From positions 96,001 through 160,000 of the forward strand of contig CAWJTV010000042.1 in the NCBI GenBank assembly GCA_963845755.1: a DNA stretch of 64,000 bases, in the 5' to 3' direction. A model generated the notes under the pieces. It saw nothing but the letters and a program-made list of their open reading frames with translations, had not been told where the DNA came from and searched no databases. The position numbers were made by a program, and so were the translations under genes. Source of the stretch: an uncultured Planctomycetota bacterium (lineage in GTDB: Bacteria > Planctomycetota > Planctomycetia > Isosphaerales > Isosphaeraceae). This document shows positions 44,812-55,631 of the stretch, in pieces (positions within the stretch are counted from its first letter, which is position 1; every line of letters starts with the position of its first letter).

Positions 44812-45461
44812 ATGGGGACTCTCATGGACAATACACCCGGTGATCCCACTGACCCGATCGAGAAGCTCCGCGGTGGCGACCGCCAGGCGCTGGGAATGCT
44901 CTTCGACCACTACCGCGAGCGGCTCCGGCGCATGGTGGAGCTGCGCCTCGACCCGCGGCTGCGAGCCCGATCGGACGCCTCGGATGTCGTCCAGGAGGCG
45001 TTCCTCGACGTCGCCGGCGACCTCGACGCCTACCTGACCGACCCGAAGCCCCCCCGCTGCTCTGGCTGCGTTTGCACGTCGGCTGGCGGCTGACCCGGTT
45101 GCATCGCCAGCACCTCGGTACGCGAATGCGGGATGCGGGGCAGGAGATCTCGCTCGACCAAGGCGTCCTGCCCCAGGCCAGCTCAGCCGCCCTGGCATCC
45201 ATGCTCCTAGCTCAGGTCACCTCGCCGACCCAGGCGGCCCAACGCGCCGAGCGGATGCTCCGCGTCCAGGAGGCGCTGAACAGCCTCGACCCCATTGACC
45301 GGGAGGTACTCGCGCTGAGACAGTTCGAGCATGTCAACCGTGACGAGGCGGCCCTGGTGCTCAGGATCAGTCAGGAGGCGGGTGCGAGGCGGTACTTCCG
45401 CGCCCTGAAGCGGCTCGAGGACGTACTGGCCACGACGCCCGGTGGCTCGGAGGGTTTCTGA
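44812..45461 (+). CDS. Planctomycete-type ECF sigma factor (ECF2); frameshift near 45055
   Basis: RLRARSDASDVVQEA, TSPTQAA, DREVLALRQFEH, RYFRALKRL; paralog of ECF1. Confidence 0.9.
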
Positions 45462-45463
45462 CG

Positions 45464-48400
45464 ATGCTCACGACGTCGGGTTCCCGCGACTATGGCCGAC
45501 TCGACGAGCTGGCCGAGGAGTTCGCCCAGCGGTATCGCCGGGGCGAGCAGCCCGGCCTGCAGGAGTACATCGACCGCCTGCCCGAGATGGCCGACGAGAT
45601 CCGCGAGCTGTTCCCGGCCTTAGTCGAGGTCGAACGGCTCGACGGCAGCGCGCGAGAGGACGCAGATCCGCACCTGCAGCCATCGCCTCCGCGCATCCGA
45701 CAGCTCGGCGACTATCGCGTCATTCGTGAGATCGGCCGGGGCGGGATGGGGGTGGTGTACGAAGCCGAGCAGGTCTCCCTGGGCCGGCATGTCGCCCTCA
45801 AGGTCTTGCCCGATCAGGCCTTGAAGGATGCGCAGCAGAAGCGGCGCTTCGAGCGTGAAGCGCGAGCCGCGGCCAAGCTGCATCATACGAACATCGTGCC
45901 CGTCTTCGGCGTCGGCGAGCACGATGGATCGCCGTACTACGTCATGCAGTACATTCAAGGTCTGGGCCTCGATGCGGTCATCGACGAGCTGAATCACGTC
46001 CGGCCGGGTGGTCTCAGACCAAGAACGCCAATGAAGCCCGTCTCACTCGCCGCAGTGCCACCGCGGCCCGGATGGCACGATCGCTGCTGACGGGTGCGTT
46101 CCTGCACGCGGATGACGCCGTCGAAGAGTCCACCGACGCCGCGAGGCTGGTTACAGAGGCGGCGCAGGGAGGGCGAGAAACGGGTCGTCCGAATGCCGCG
46201 AGCGTACCGCTGGCCGCCGGCTTTGATGTCGCAAACTCGCCGGACTCGGGCCATCTTTCGGATTCCTTCACCTCATCGGAATCGGCGCTATCACGCCTCG
46301 GGACGAGCAGTGCGGTCTCGGGGCGAAAGGCCGCGGGCAGAAAGCCGTCCTACTGGCAGTGTGTGGCCAGCATCGGCCGGCAAGTGGCCGACGCGCTGGG
46401 CTACGCCCATCAACAGGGAATCCTGCATCGCGACGTCAAGCCGTCGAATCTGCTCCTCGATCTGCGCGGCACCGTCTGGGTGACCGACTTCGGCCTGGCC
46501 AAGGTGGCCGGGCCCGGCGCGGACAACCTGACGCATACCGGCGACATCCTCGGCACGCTCCGCTACATGCCGCCCGAGGCGTTCGAGGGGAGGAGTGACG
46601 CCCGCAGCGACGTTTATTCGCTGGGATTGACCCTGTACGAACTGCTGGCGATGAGGCCGGCGTTCGACGAAAAAGAGCGGAACAAGCTCATCAAGCAGGT
46701 GACGTCCGGTGAGCCCATACCCCTCGACCGGGTGCGGCGGGAGATCCCGCGCGATCTCGTCACAATCGTGCAAAAGGCGATCGAGAAAGAACCCTCGCGA
46801 CGCTACGCCACGGCCGAGGAACTGGCCGCGGATCTTCAGCGATTCATCGATGATGAGCCGATCCTGGCGAGACGACAGACCGAGCTGGAGCGATGCGTTC
46901 GCTGGGCACGCCACAACCCCTGGATCACGGCGCTGGGAGCGATCCTGACGGCCGTCCTGGTACTGGTGACCATCGCCTCATTGATCGTCGCGGGACGCAT
47001 GGCGCAGTCGGCCGCGGATGAACGACTGGCTCGTCTACAGGCCGTCGAGGCGAAGAAGACCGCCGAGAGCAGCTTCGCCAAGGCGCGCAAGGCCGAGATG
47101 GAAGCGACCGCGCAACGGAACCGGGCCGACCACGAGGCCGAAGCCGCACGGCAAAACCTCTACGAGGCGCAGATGCTCCGGGCCCCGCTACTCTGGCGGG
47201 GCGGACACCAAAGTTTACTCCACCTGCGTGAACTTCTCGACACCTGGCTTCCCCAAGGCGAGTCGCTCGACCGCCGGGGCTGGGAGTGGTTCTACTTGAA
47301 CTCACTGCCCTACCAGAACCAGCGAACCTTGACGGAGAGCGGGAAAAGCCCCAGGGCATCCACAGTGGCATGGCACGTTGCGAGCAAGCGACTCGCCGAA
47401 GGCACATCCGATGGCCTGATCCGGATCTGGGACGTCGATCGAGAACAAACGACCCTGATCCTGAGAGCCCCCGCGCCCGGGCTCGCATACTGGGGGGGCA
47501 GGTGGCTCGCGTGGAGCCCGGACGGCCGTAAGTTGGCGGCAGGTGGTCACAACGGGACGGTTCATCTCTGGGACACGGGCTCCGGAAGAGAACTCGCCGT
47601 CCTCTCCGGGCGAGACTCCTGGGCGCTTCCGTGGCCTTCAGCTCCGACGGCACGCGCGTGGCGGCCTGGGGACAGTGCCGGCACAATCAGCATCTGGGAC
47701 GCCAACACAGGCCGCACGATCGCGAACGTGGTCCATCCGGGAGGAGTTGGCGCAGGCGCCTGGAGCCCGGACGATCAACTCCTCGCCACCGGGCACTTCG
47801 ACGGGACGGTGACCATCTCCGGCATTCAGGCCGGCGACCAGATCGTGACTCTGCGGGGGACCTTCGCCTCGATCACCGATATGGCATGGAGCCCCGACGG
47901 CATCCGTCTCGCCGCGGCGAGTAGTTATGATTTCAGCATCAGGATCTGGGAGGTCGCGTCGAAACGGATGGTCCTCGGCCCGCTCGTGCACAGCCACGAG
48001 GCCCAGTCAGTCGCGTGGGAGCCGAATGGGCAGAGACTGGCGAGCGGCAGCATCGACGAAACGATCGAGATCTGGGACGCGACCACGGGCCGAGAGTCCA
48101 TCGCTCTGCGTGGGAATGCCCGGACCATCACTTCGCTCGCATGGGGCCCGGAGGGTGTGTTGGCCTCGGGCAGCGACGACGGCAACGTGAGGGTCTGGAG
48201 CCCGATCCACGATCAGGAGTCGAGCGTGTTGCCGGGCCACGTCGGGAGGGCTCATTCGGTGTCCTGGAGCCCGGAAGGAAGGAGGCTGGCGTCCGGCGGA
48301 GACGACGGCAAGGTCCGCATCTGGGACCCGCACACCCGCAAAGAGGTCCTGACTCTCGAGGCCCATGATCAAGGCCGAATCCACGGTCAGTTCGGGCTGA

Positions 48401-50122
48401 TTCGCTCGCTCGCCTGGAGCCCGGACGGAAAGCGGCTCGCGTCGGCGGGACTCGACGGCACTCTCAAGGTCTGGGAGATCGCCGATGGTGGCAGGATCGT
48501 CGCCCGGTTCACGGACGGCGGGCCGGTCTGGGCCGTGGCGTGGAGCCCGAACGGGACCCGTCTGGCCGCGGGCTACGATGATGGGACGATTCGCCTGGTC
48601 GAAGGGCTCGGCCGGATTCCGAAGGTCCATTCTTTCCAGACCCGGAATGGGCGCGTCCGTACGCTGGCCTGGAGCCCCCACGGGGAGCGCCTCGCTTCAG
48701 GGGCGCCAAGCGGGATCGTGAGCATCTGGGATCCGATCGGGGAGGCCGAGCTCGTCCGCATGCGGGCTGACCAGAGCATAGTCATGAGGGTGGCCTGGAG
48801 CCCGGACGGCAAACGCCTGGCATCCTGCGGAGCCAATCTCCTCGTCATCACGTGGGATGCGGCGACAGGTCGGAAACTCGTGACCATGCACGATCATCAT
48901 AGCTGGGTGGACGCCGTCGCCTGGAGCCCGGACGGGACTCGGCTGGCATCGGCAGGGCTGGATAACTCGGTGAGGATCTCGGACCCGCAGACCGGCCGCG
49001 AGACCTGCGTGCTCCGGGGCCACTCCGGGATGTTCCACGACGTCTCGTGGCACCTCGACGGGGCGCGGTTGGCCGCGGCGAGCAGCGACGGTCAGATCTG
49101 GATCTGGGACGCGACGCGCGGATACGAGCGGGATCGGACACCGCGGGCCTTGCCCTACATCGACCGAGCGATCGCCTCGGGGGCCGCTCGCGGCGAGGAC
49201 CTCCGCTGGTTCGCGGAGTCCTACCTCCAGCTCGGGAAGCCCCGGGAAGCCCTGGCACTCGTGAAGGACGATCCTTCAGCCTTGCGCACGATGGCCCCGC
49301 GTCTAGTCGCCGCGTATCACGACATCGGCGACCAGCGGGCGAGCGACGAAGTGGTGAAGCGATACCCGGAAGCGGCGGCCGCCATCGGTGATCGATACGC
49401 GGCCGAAAAGGATTGGGACCGGGCGATTGCCGAGTATAGCAAAGTCATCACCGATCGGACGGCCGACGGCAACGTGCTGGTCAAGCGCGCCGTGGCGTAC
49501 GAGGCGACCGGGCAACGGGATCTGGCCGCGGCGGACTGGCAGCGGGCAGCCCGTTCGACACGCTGATCTGGCACCTGACCTGGCCCCGGCGGTCTTCGTG
49601 CGAGCGCGCTCGCTCATGGCCGCGGGCGTCAACGCGTTCGAGAGCGGGCGGCGGGCCGAGGCGATCCGCGAGCTGAGGCAGGCTCGCGACCTGTTGCGGG
49701 TCCTCACTCAGGCCGCCCCCGAAGATGGCGGGCTGGCCAGGCAACTGGCGATCAGCCTGGGATTCCTCGGCAGCGCCTTGAGAGACGAGAATCGTCCTTC
49801 GGAGGCCCTCGAGGCCATCCAGGACGCCCGCCAGGTACTGGAGGCCATCCGCCGGCCGACTTCGTTGGACCTTTACAACCTCGCCTGTGCTTACGCCAAT
49901 CTCAGCACGCTCGGCGAACTCGGTACGACTCCGTCGACCTCCGCCGAGCGCGAGGCCCTGGCCGATCAAGCGATGGACGCTCTCCGGCGTTCGATCGGCG
50001 CCGGCATGACCGATCTCAACGTGATGGATGGCGACCACGATCTCGACCCGCTCCGCGACCGCCCGGACTTCCGCTCCTTGATGCTCGATCGGGGCTTTCC
50101 GTCCGACCCCTTCGCCAGGTAG
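45464..50122 (+). CDS. Ser/Thr protein kinase with TM, WD40 and TPR regions (kinase 2); frameshifts near 46030, 47630-47670 and 49555
   Basis: IGRGGMGVVYEA, HRDVKPSN, DFGLAK, TM segment, many WSPDG repeats, C-terminal LYNLAC...DLDPLRDRPDF...FPSDPFAR. Confidence 0.92.
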
Positions 50123-50230
50123 CCTCTCGCGAAGGCCCGTCGTCGTGGCCTGCACGTCGTAGCCGGCTCCAGTTCGTCCTCCGCTGACGCGTGTCGGCGA
50201 GCCCGCCGGTTACGGCGGGGATTCGATGCT

Positions 50231-50264
50231 TTTCGGTACTGCTTCTCCACCGGCGCGCGGATAA
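50231..50264 (+). promoter_or_regulatory. Second copy of the ECF2 promoter-like motif
   Basis: tttcggtactgcttctccACCGGCGCGCGGATAA; last 16 nt identical to 44791-44806. Confidence 0.68.
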
Positions 50265-50327
50265 TACGAATCAACATCGCCGAGCGCATCTACCGCGTCA
50301 CGGGGGCAGGGAATCTACCGCGATACC

Positions 50328-50750
50328 GTGCTCCTGGGCCGCAAGTCGCCGATCGCGCAATCGCTGCTCAACGCCGAGGTTACAGGCCGGATCGCCTCGG
50401 TTCCCAGGGGAAACGTGAGTCGGTTCTTGGGCATGTTCGACGCGACCACGGGCCGGTTGCAGTACAACCAGGGCCCGTTCGGTCAGCACTTCGTCGGCCT
50501 GGCCTTCACCCCCGACGGCAAGCGGGTGGCCAACACCGGCTGCGAGAACGTCCTGAGCCTCTTGAACGCGGCGACCGGAGAGGTCGTCCTGAGCCTGCCA
50601 CGGTCGATGTGCGGCCAGGAGCCGGGCTTCACGGCTTCGGGTCGACTGCTCGGGTGGTCCGAGCCCGACGGCTTCCACTTCGTCGACCTCCGCCCGAAAC
50701 CCAACGCCGACCCGAAGTCGCCCGCCTCCGACCGCCGTTCGCCTCCCTGA
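50328..50750 (+). pseudogene. WD40-like beta-propeller fragment, probably 5'-truncated
   Basis: LAFTPDGKRVA, LLNAATGEVV; no convincing start or RBS. Confidence 0.55.
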
Positions 50751-51129
50751 CAGTGAAGTGCTGGGTGTGGCCCGTCTACCAGCTAAGTTGTGCGCTTCGG
50801 TGTGATCGACCGACGCATCCGCGGAGTCAGTTCGGGGCTCGATGCGCTCTGACCTTTGTCGCCAGCGACTCGTGAACGTTACGTGGCACGGTGCAGGTCG
50901 TGTCCACATCGCGAGCCGCGCGGAGATACTTTGAGCATGGCGAGGCTTCGCGAGCGGGGTCGCTGAGGCTCGACACAGAATGATGTGCCATGATCAACTA
51001 GGGTCTGAGCGAGATCATCGGTCCGTTCCCGGTTCCGTCACCGAGAGATAAGCGGGAACGGAACGACGATCCGGGACAGTAGAGAAGAGGCCACCGGTAC
51101 TCAGTACATCCATCCAATCGCACGATTCC

Positions 51130-51177
51130 CATCGATTATCGTGATCGGAGGTCAGTCAATTATCTTGACCACTCTCA
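51130..51177 (+). mobile_element. Transposon-end-like repeats ending in CA
   Basis: TCGATTATCGTGATC and TCAATTATCTTGACC followed by ACTCTCA; match repeats at 43417-43468. Confidence 0.55.
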
Positions 51178-51211
51178 GCTTTCTGCGGTTCGACGCCAGG
51201 CGGCGTGACCC

Positions 51212-51384
51212 GTCACGCCGCCTCGTCTTGGGAGGTCAATCCTCGTTCCACGGACAGATCCCGGCCCAGGAGCTGAGGTGGGTCTCATCCGGGAACACCG
51301 ACATGTCCACGCCGATCTCGGCCACCACGTTCTCGATCGTCGTGCGGTTCACGCCACCGATGGAATCCAACCGCTTCAGCCGCT
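51212..51384 (-). pseudogene. IS110-family transposase fragment (internally deleted)
   Basis: Reads RLDSIGGVNRTTIENVVAEIGVDMSVFPDETHLSSWAGICP.NE, then jumps to a ...TSQDEAA* end followed by a 12-bp IR (51198-51223). Confidence 0.8.
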
Positions 51385-51434
51385 GACACCAACTTGACAC
51401 CCAGGAAACGGAGATGGCTCATGTGGGGGATTTG

Positions 51435-51690
51435 GTGGTGGACTGTTCTGTCGTGGCGGGTGACAGGGGGTGCAGACGCCCGAAGGCCTTGAAAGATCAG
51501 GAGTTCGGCCCACGTCTCGGCATTGGCTCGTCTGGTCTCCCACCGAATTCCCCCCACGAGCCAACGAAGATTATGGGCGGGCCGCCCGCAGACAGGTGCA
51601 GACCCTCACGGATGGCAGGGGCGTTCCAGCGGGCCGTCCCCAATCGAAGGGGTCGTCGAACTTGCCGGATCACTGAAAACAGTCCACCAC
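51435..51690. mobile_element. Candidate IS110/IS1111-type non-coding segment bounded by a 13-bp inverted repeat
   Basis: GTGGTGGACTGTT / AACAGTCCACCAC; internal stems TTGGCTCGT/ACGAGCCAA and GGGCGG/CCGCCC; TTGACA just outside. Confidence 0.45.
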
Positions 51691-52391
51691 GCAAATTTTT
51701 TTGACAAGATTTTTATCTCCCAACCCTATAAGGGGTTGCGTCGAGAAACCAGGTCAAATCCCCCATAGGTGCATTAACCGAATTCGAAAGCTCCGGCATA
51801 CTAAAGACAGTGGGATTACGTGTGCCCGAGCGGTCTGGTTTCGCTCGGCCCGGCGTCCCCGGTCCAGTGTAGGCCCCCTCCTATCGTCACCGATCACAGT
51901 TCTGACTCCGGACGATCAAGCTACAAGTCGAGAACCAAGCACACGGCGGGGGGGAACCCGCCAAAAGGTGGCCAATCCGCGCCATTCACGGCCGCCGGTT
52001 TTACAACTGAAGTCCAACCAAGAAAAGACGTTACGTCAAGCCGCGGTCCGGTACCACTGTGCCAATTTCCGGGTTCGGCTCCGCTGCGCGGGGAAGGGAC
52101 CGCTTTCGTTCGAGCCGTTGTCCTCGCCGCGGGGCAGGCCGTGGTCCAAGAGTCCGGCGACTCGTTTGAGTGCGCCAAACACGGGCACGCCCTCCTCGCC
52201 GCACCTGAGAAACCCGCTACAGGAAACTTCGAGAACAGAAGAGCGCCCAGCGTCTCATTGAGTTCGCACATCCATGGTATCACTACCAACGCGACAATCT
52301 GGATGTACGTGATCACTAATCCATTCTTGATGCCTTGGAGTTCTGAAGAACGAAGCCATGAAGTTGTGAGTTGCTGGAGCCCCCAAACTCA

Positions 52392-52488
52392 CCAAACGAA
52401 CTCAGGAACTCGGGCAGCCGGCCTTCGGAGTCGCAAAACGAACCCAGGCAAGCGTCCTGCGGGAGCCAGAGTCCGCAAAACGAACCCA
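52392..52488 (+). repeat. Three CAAAACGAACCCA-type motifs at an exact 42-bp period
   Basis: ccaaacgaactca (52392), caaaacgaaccca (52434), caaaacgaaccca (52476), with dissimilar spacers. Confidence 0.8.
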
Positions 52489-52832
52489 AGTCCCCGCACA
52501 GACTTTGTGACCGGCAAATCTCATATAATCAATAGATATCATCTGAACTTCCAAAAACCTCTCGTCGTTGCGACCCGTAAATCCATCTCGACCCTTGCAG
52601 AATACCGAACCCGGCAACTGGAAGCTCATTACGAAACTGCCGGTCGGAGGAGGCCGATTCGACCGGCTCGCCGACGAGGATCGAGGGATAGCATTCCCGC
52701 ACCATCCGCAGCCGACGTTCTATAAGGGACGTCGGTAGGGAGTGGCCATGACCCATCCTTCGTAAGAGAATCCTTGTCGGCCGGGTTTCCTGGCCATCGG
52801 GTCACTGAGTTTGGCAATCAGGGTTCGAGCGA

Positions 52833-54476
52833 ATGAGGAGATCGACCGTGAGAAGCCTGGTACGATTCTGCCTTGTGGCTGCGGGAATGACTGGCGTCGT
52901 TCTCCTGAGTGCCTCGGCGGGCGAGCAAACCCCGGCCGTCGTTGGATCCGCCGACGCGTCACGCGGTTGCAGCCTCGTAGCACCGCCGCCGGTCACCGCG
53001 CCGCCCGAGTCGGCATTCGCGAAGTTCCGGGACAGCGACCGTGAGGTCGCACGCCGGTTCTACAAGAAGTCCATCAATGTCAAAGGGATGCCCGTCATGG
53101 CCTCGGCCGAGGTTGCCGATGAGGCCCTCCGGCGCACCTATGACATCGTCACTCACCTGCTGGCCGGCCGGCCCGACATCTTGGAAGCCATGGTGAAGCA
53201 CGGCACGCGCCTGATCATCATCGGCAAGGACCAGGTTTATACCGAAATGCCCGAGTACCGGAACCACCCGAACCCTCAGTATCAGAACGAACGGGTGCGG
53301 GGCACCGGCGGGCTGTCGGTCACCAGCTTCGGAGAGGAGAACCTGCTCAACCTGGCTGGCGATCGCTATGACGACGAAAGCATCGGCGTTCATGAGTTCT
53401 GCCATACGATCGATGCCGCGATCGGCCGAATCGATCCAACCTGGCGACGGCGCCTGGGCCAGACTCACCGTGGTGCCATCGACAACAGGTTGTGGAAGAA
53501 TGCTTACTCCGCCTCTAATCCGGCCGAGTACTGGGCGGAGATCTGTCAGTCTTACTTCAACTGCAACCGGATCAATAACTGGAACCACAACAGCATCGCC
53601 ACCCGCGAGCAGCTCAAGCAGTACGACCCGGAGGGTTACGAGCTGGTCCGCACCACGTTCAAACTGACCCCGGAACAAGACTGGACACTCCCGGTGCTCC
53701 GTCGGCAGCCGAGCGTGGTTCCTCCGCCGGCCCGGTTCAAGATCCATCCGTACTACACCAAGTTCACCTATGCGCGCGAGTTCCCGGTTCTGGGGTCGAA
53801 GAACGTCAGCGATGCGGCACTGCTCAAGGCCAATGACACAATCCGGAAAATGGTTGCCTACCGGCACGACATCCTCAAGGCGTTGATCGCGGACGGCGTG
53901 CGCCTGGTGGTCCTGGGCCGGGACGAGTCGCTGAGCGACCTGCCGGAGTTTGCGGAATCGAAGAACACCGCGGCCTTCGACAGCGTCCGTTACCTCGACT
54001 ACACGCCCTCACTCAAGCTGATGGTCGTCCCCGAGGAGAACGTCCTGGGACTCGAAGACGATCGCTTTGCCGGCAAATGCATGGTGGTGAATGAGTTCGC
54101 CCGGGCGCTCTACCGCGTGACGGGTCTCCGGCCCGTGGATCCCAACTTTGAAAAGCGGCGTCCGAAGCAGCAATACGAACTGAGGGTGAAGCGTCTGGAT
54201 GTCGAGTTCGATCACACACTTCAGAGAATCCATGAGGAGTCGAAGAGCAAGGGCCTCTGGAAGGGGGTGCCCGCGGCTCGCGACCGCGACGCGTACTGGG
54301 TGGCGGGCGTAGAAGCGTACTTCGACGCCGCGGGCGCCGCCGGCCCTGCACCCCAAGGCGCCGACCGGCCCATAACCACGCGAGAGGCCCTCAAAGCCTA
54401 CGATCCGGCGTTGTACGCACTGGTCGATGAGACGATGGCCTACAAGGAGCATGAGGATTGGCGGTTCCGACGGTGA
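52833..54476 (+). CDS. Secreted zincin-like metallopeptidase with two tandem homologous domains
   Basis: Signal peptide; domain 1 HEFCH...EYWAE; domain 2 NEFAR...AYWVA; both end TRE.LK.YDP..Y.LV. Confidence 0.8.
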   Translation: MRRSTVRSLVRFCLVAAGMTGVVLLSASAGEQTPAVVGSADASRGCSLVAPPPVTAPPESAFAKFRDSDREVARRFYKKSINVKGMPVMASAEVADEALRRTYDIVTHLLAGRPDILEAMVKHGTRLIIIGKDQVYTEMPEYRNHPNPQYQNERVRGTGGLSVTSFGEENLLNLAGDRYDDESIGVHEFCHTIDAAIGRIDPTWRRRLGQTHRGAIDNRLWKNAYSASNPAEYWAEICQSYFNCNRINNWNHNSIATREQLKQYDPEGYELVRTTFKLTPEQDWTLPVLRRQPSVVPPPARFKIHPYYTKFTYAREFPVLGSKNVSDAALLKANDTIRKMVAYRHDILKALIADGVRLVVLGRDESLSDLPEFAESKNTAAFDSVRYLDYTPSLKLMVVPEENVLGLEDDRFAGKCMVVNEFARALYRVTGLRPVDPNFEKRRPKQQYELRVKRLDVEFDHTLQRIHEESKSKGLWKGVPAARDRDAYWVAGVEAYFDAAGAAGPAPQGADRPITTREALKAYDPALYALVDETMAYKEHEDWRFRR

Positions 54477-54481
54477 AGCCT

Positions 54482-55465
54482 TCATGCCGTCCGAAGCGTC
54501 TTCTCCCGGTCCATCTGCATGGCCTGCGCCTCGTGGCCGTCCAGGAGCACGCGGAGTAGAGCGGAGTTGGCCCTGCGATTGCGATCGGCGGCGTCCGCCG
54601 GATTGAGTTTTGGACTGGGGTGGTCCAGGCGGTCGCAGAGCCGGTTCAGCCAGTGCCCGAGCCGGACCGGCGACCAGTCGCCCAGCACATCGGCGCCGGC
54701 CAGCCGTCCTCCAGCAGCCGACAGGAACGTTTCGACCGTCGCCATGGCATCCGGCAGCCGGAGCAACCCAGAATCCCAGTTCACCGCCGCATCCTCGGGT
54801 GTCAGGACGTCCTTGTCGATCGAGATGTACAGGGGATACCGACGCAGCTCGTCCTGGAACGGCATGAGGCCGGCGCGCAACGCCGCCACGGGCGGGTTGC
54901 CGCCGGCCAGGAGGGGGCGTACCGAGATCCTCGACCAGCCGCCGCGCACAAATCGCCGGCGCGCCGGGAAGACCACGACCCGGCCGTCCACAATCTCGGG
55001 CCAGGGGGCGAGCCATCGGTACGTGTTGTCGAAATCGGTCTCACCGCCGCAGAGGAAGGCCCGCTTCAACCCCGGGAGTCTAAGCGCATGGCTCAGCCAG
55101 GTCCCGCAATGGAGGAACGGGATGCCCCGCATCCAGTCCGGGTGCTTGTCGAGGACAAGCAGATTGAACGGTCCACGTATCCGGCCCAGCAAGGCGAGCG
55201 TGACGTGATGGAAGTCACCGGATCCGTAGAGCGTCACCGTAGGGCTGCGGTCGGGGAGCGAGTCCGCAAGCCATCTGCGGAACCGGTCGAAGGTCCCGAA
55301 GGCACAGGCCAGGCGAATCCGTCCGCCCCATTCCCGGGCCGGTACCCAGTTGACCCCCTCATCAGGGAACGCATCGGCCTGTGGGGCCAGGCTTCCATCC
55401 AAATCGAGGATCCGGATGCGCGGCACGGGATCGATCCTCCGCGGAGGAAAGTGCGATGAGTTCAA
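54482..55465 (-). CDS. Arginase/ureohydrolase-fold protein (start uncertain)
   Basis: YGSGDFHH, LVLDKHPDW, HCGTW, YISIDKDVL, NWDSG. Confidence 0.78.
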   Translation of the reverse strand: MNSSHFPPRRIDPVPRIRILDLDGSLAPQADAFPDEGVNWVPAREWGGRIRLACAFGTFDRFRRWLADSLPDRSPTVTLYGSGDFHHVTLALLGRIRGPFNLLVLDKHPDWMRGIPFLHCGTWLSHALRLPGLKRAFLCGGETDFDNTYRWLAPWPEIVDGRVVVFPARRRFVRGGWSRISVRPLLAGGNPPVAALRAGLMPFQDELRRYPLYISIDKDVLTPEDAAVNWDSGLLRLPDAMATVETFLSAAGGRLAGADVLGDWSPVRLGHWLNRLCDRLDHPSPKLNPADAADRNRRANSALLRVLLDGHEAQAMQMDREKTLRTA

Positions 55466-55631
55466 ACCGAACGGCGAGGTTTCGTCCTGGCCCCATTGAA
55501 AACCAAAACCGATGCCGGCTCGGGCCGGGGTCTTGTCCGACCCAGCGATCCAGTTCTCCCCGGTTCAAGAGAATCGCCGGAGACGACGAAATTAGTCGGG
55601 GTTTCCCTCTCTATCGGTCAGGAGCTCAAGG

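Noticed and set aside
52392..52488. CRISPR array
   Set aside because: Only three 13-bp non-palindromic repeats and no cas genes; kept as an unexplained repeat.
51820..52725. 301-aa ORF in the post-IS110 region
   Set aside because: No recognisable motif or RBS; looks like a mosaic of decayed sequence.
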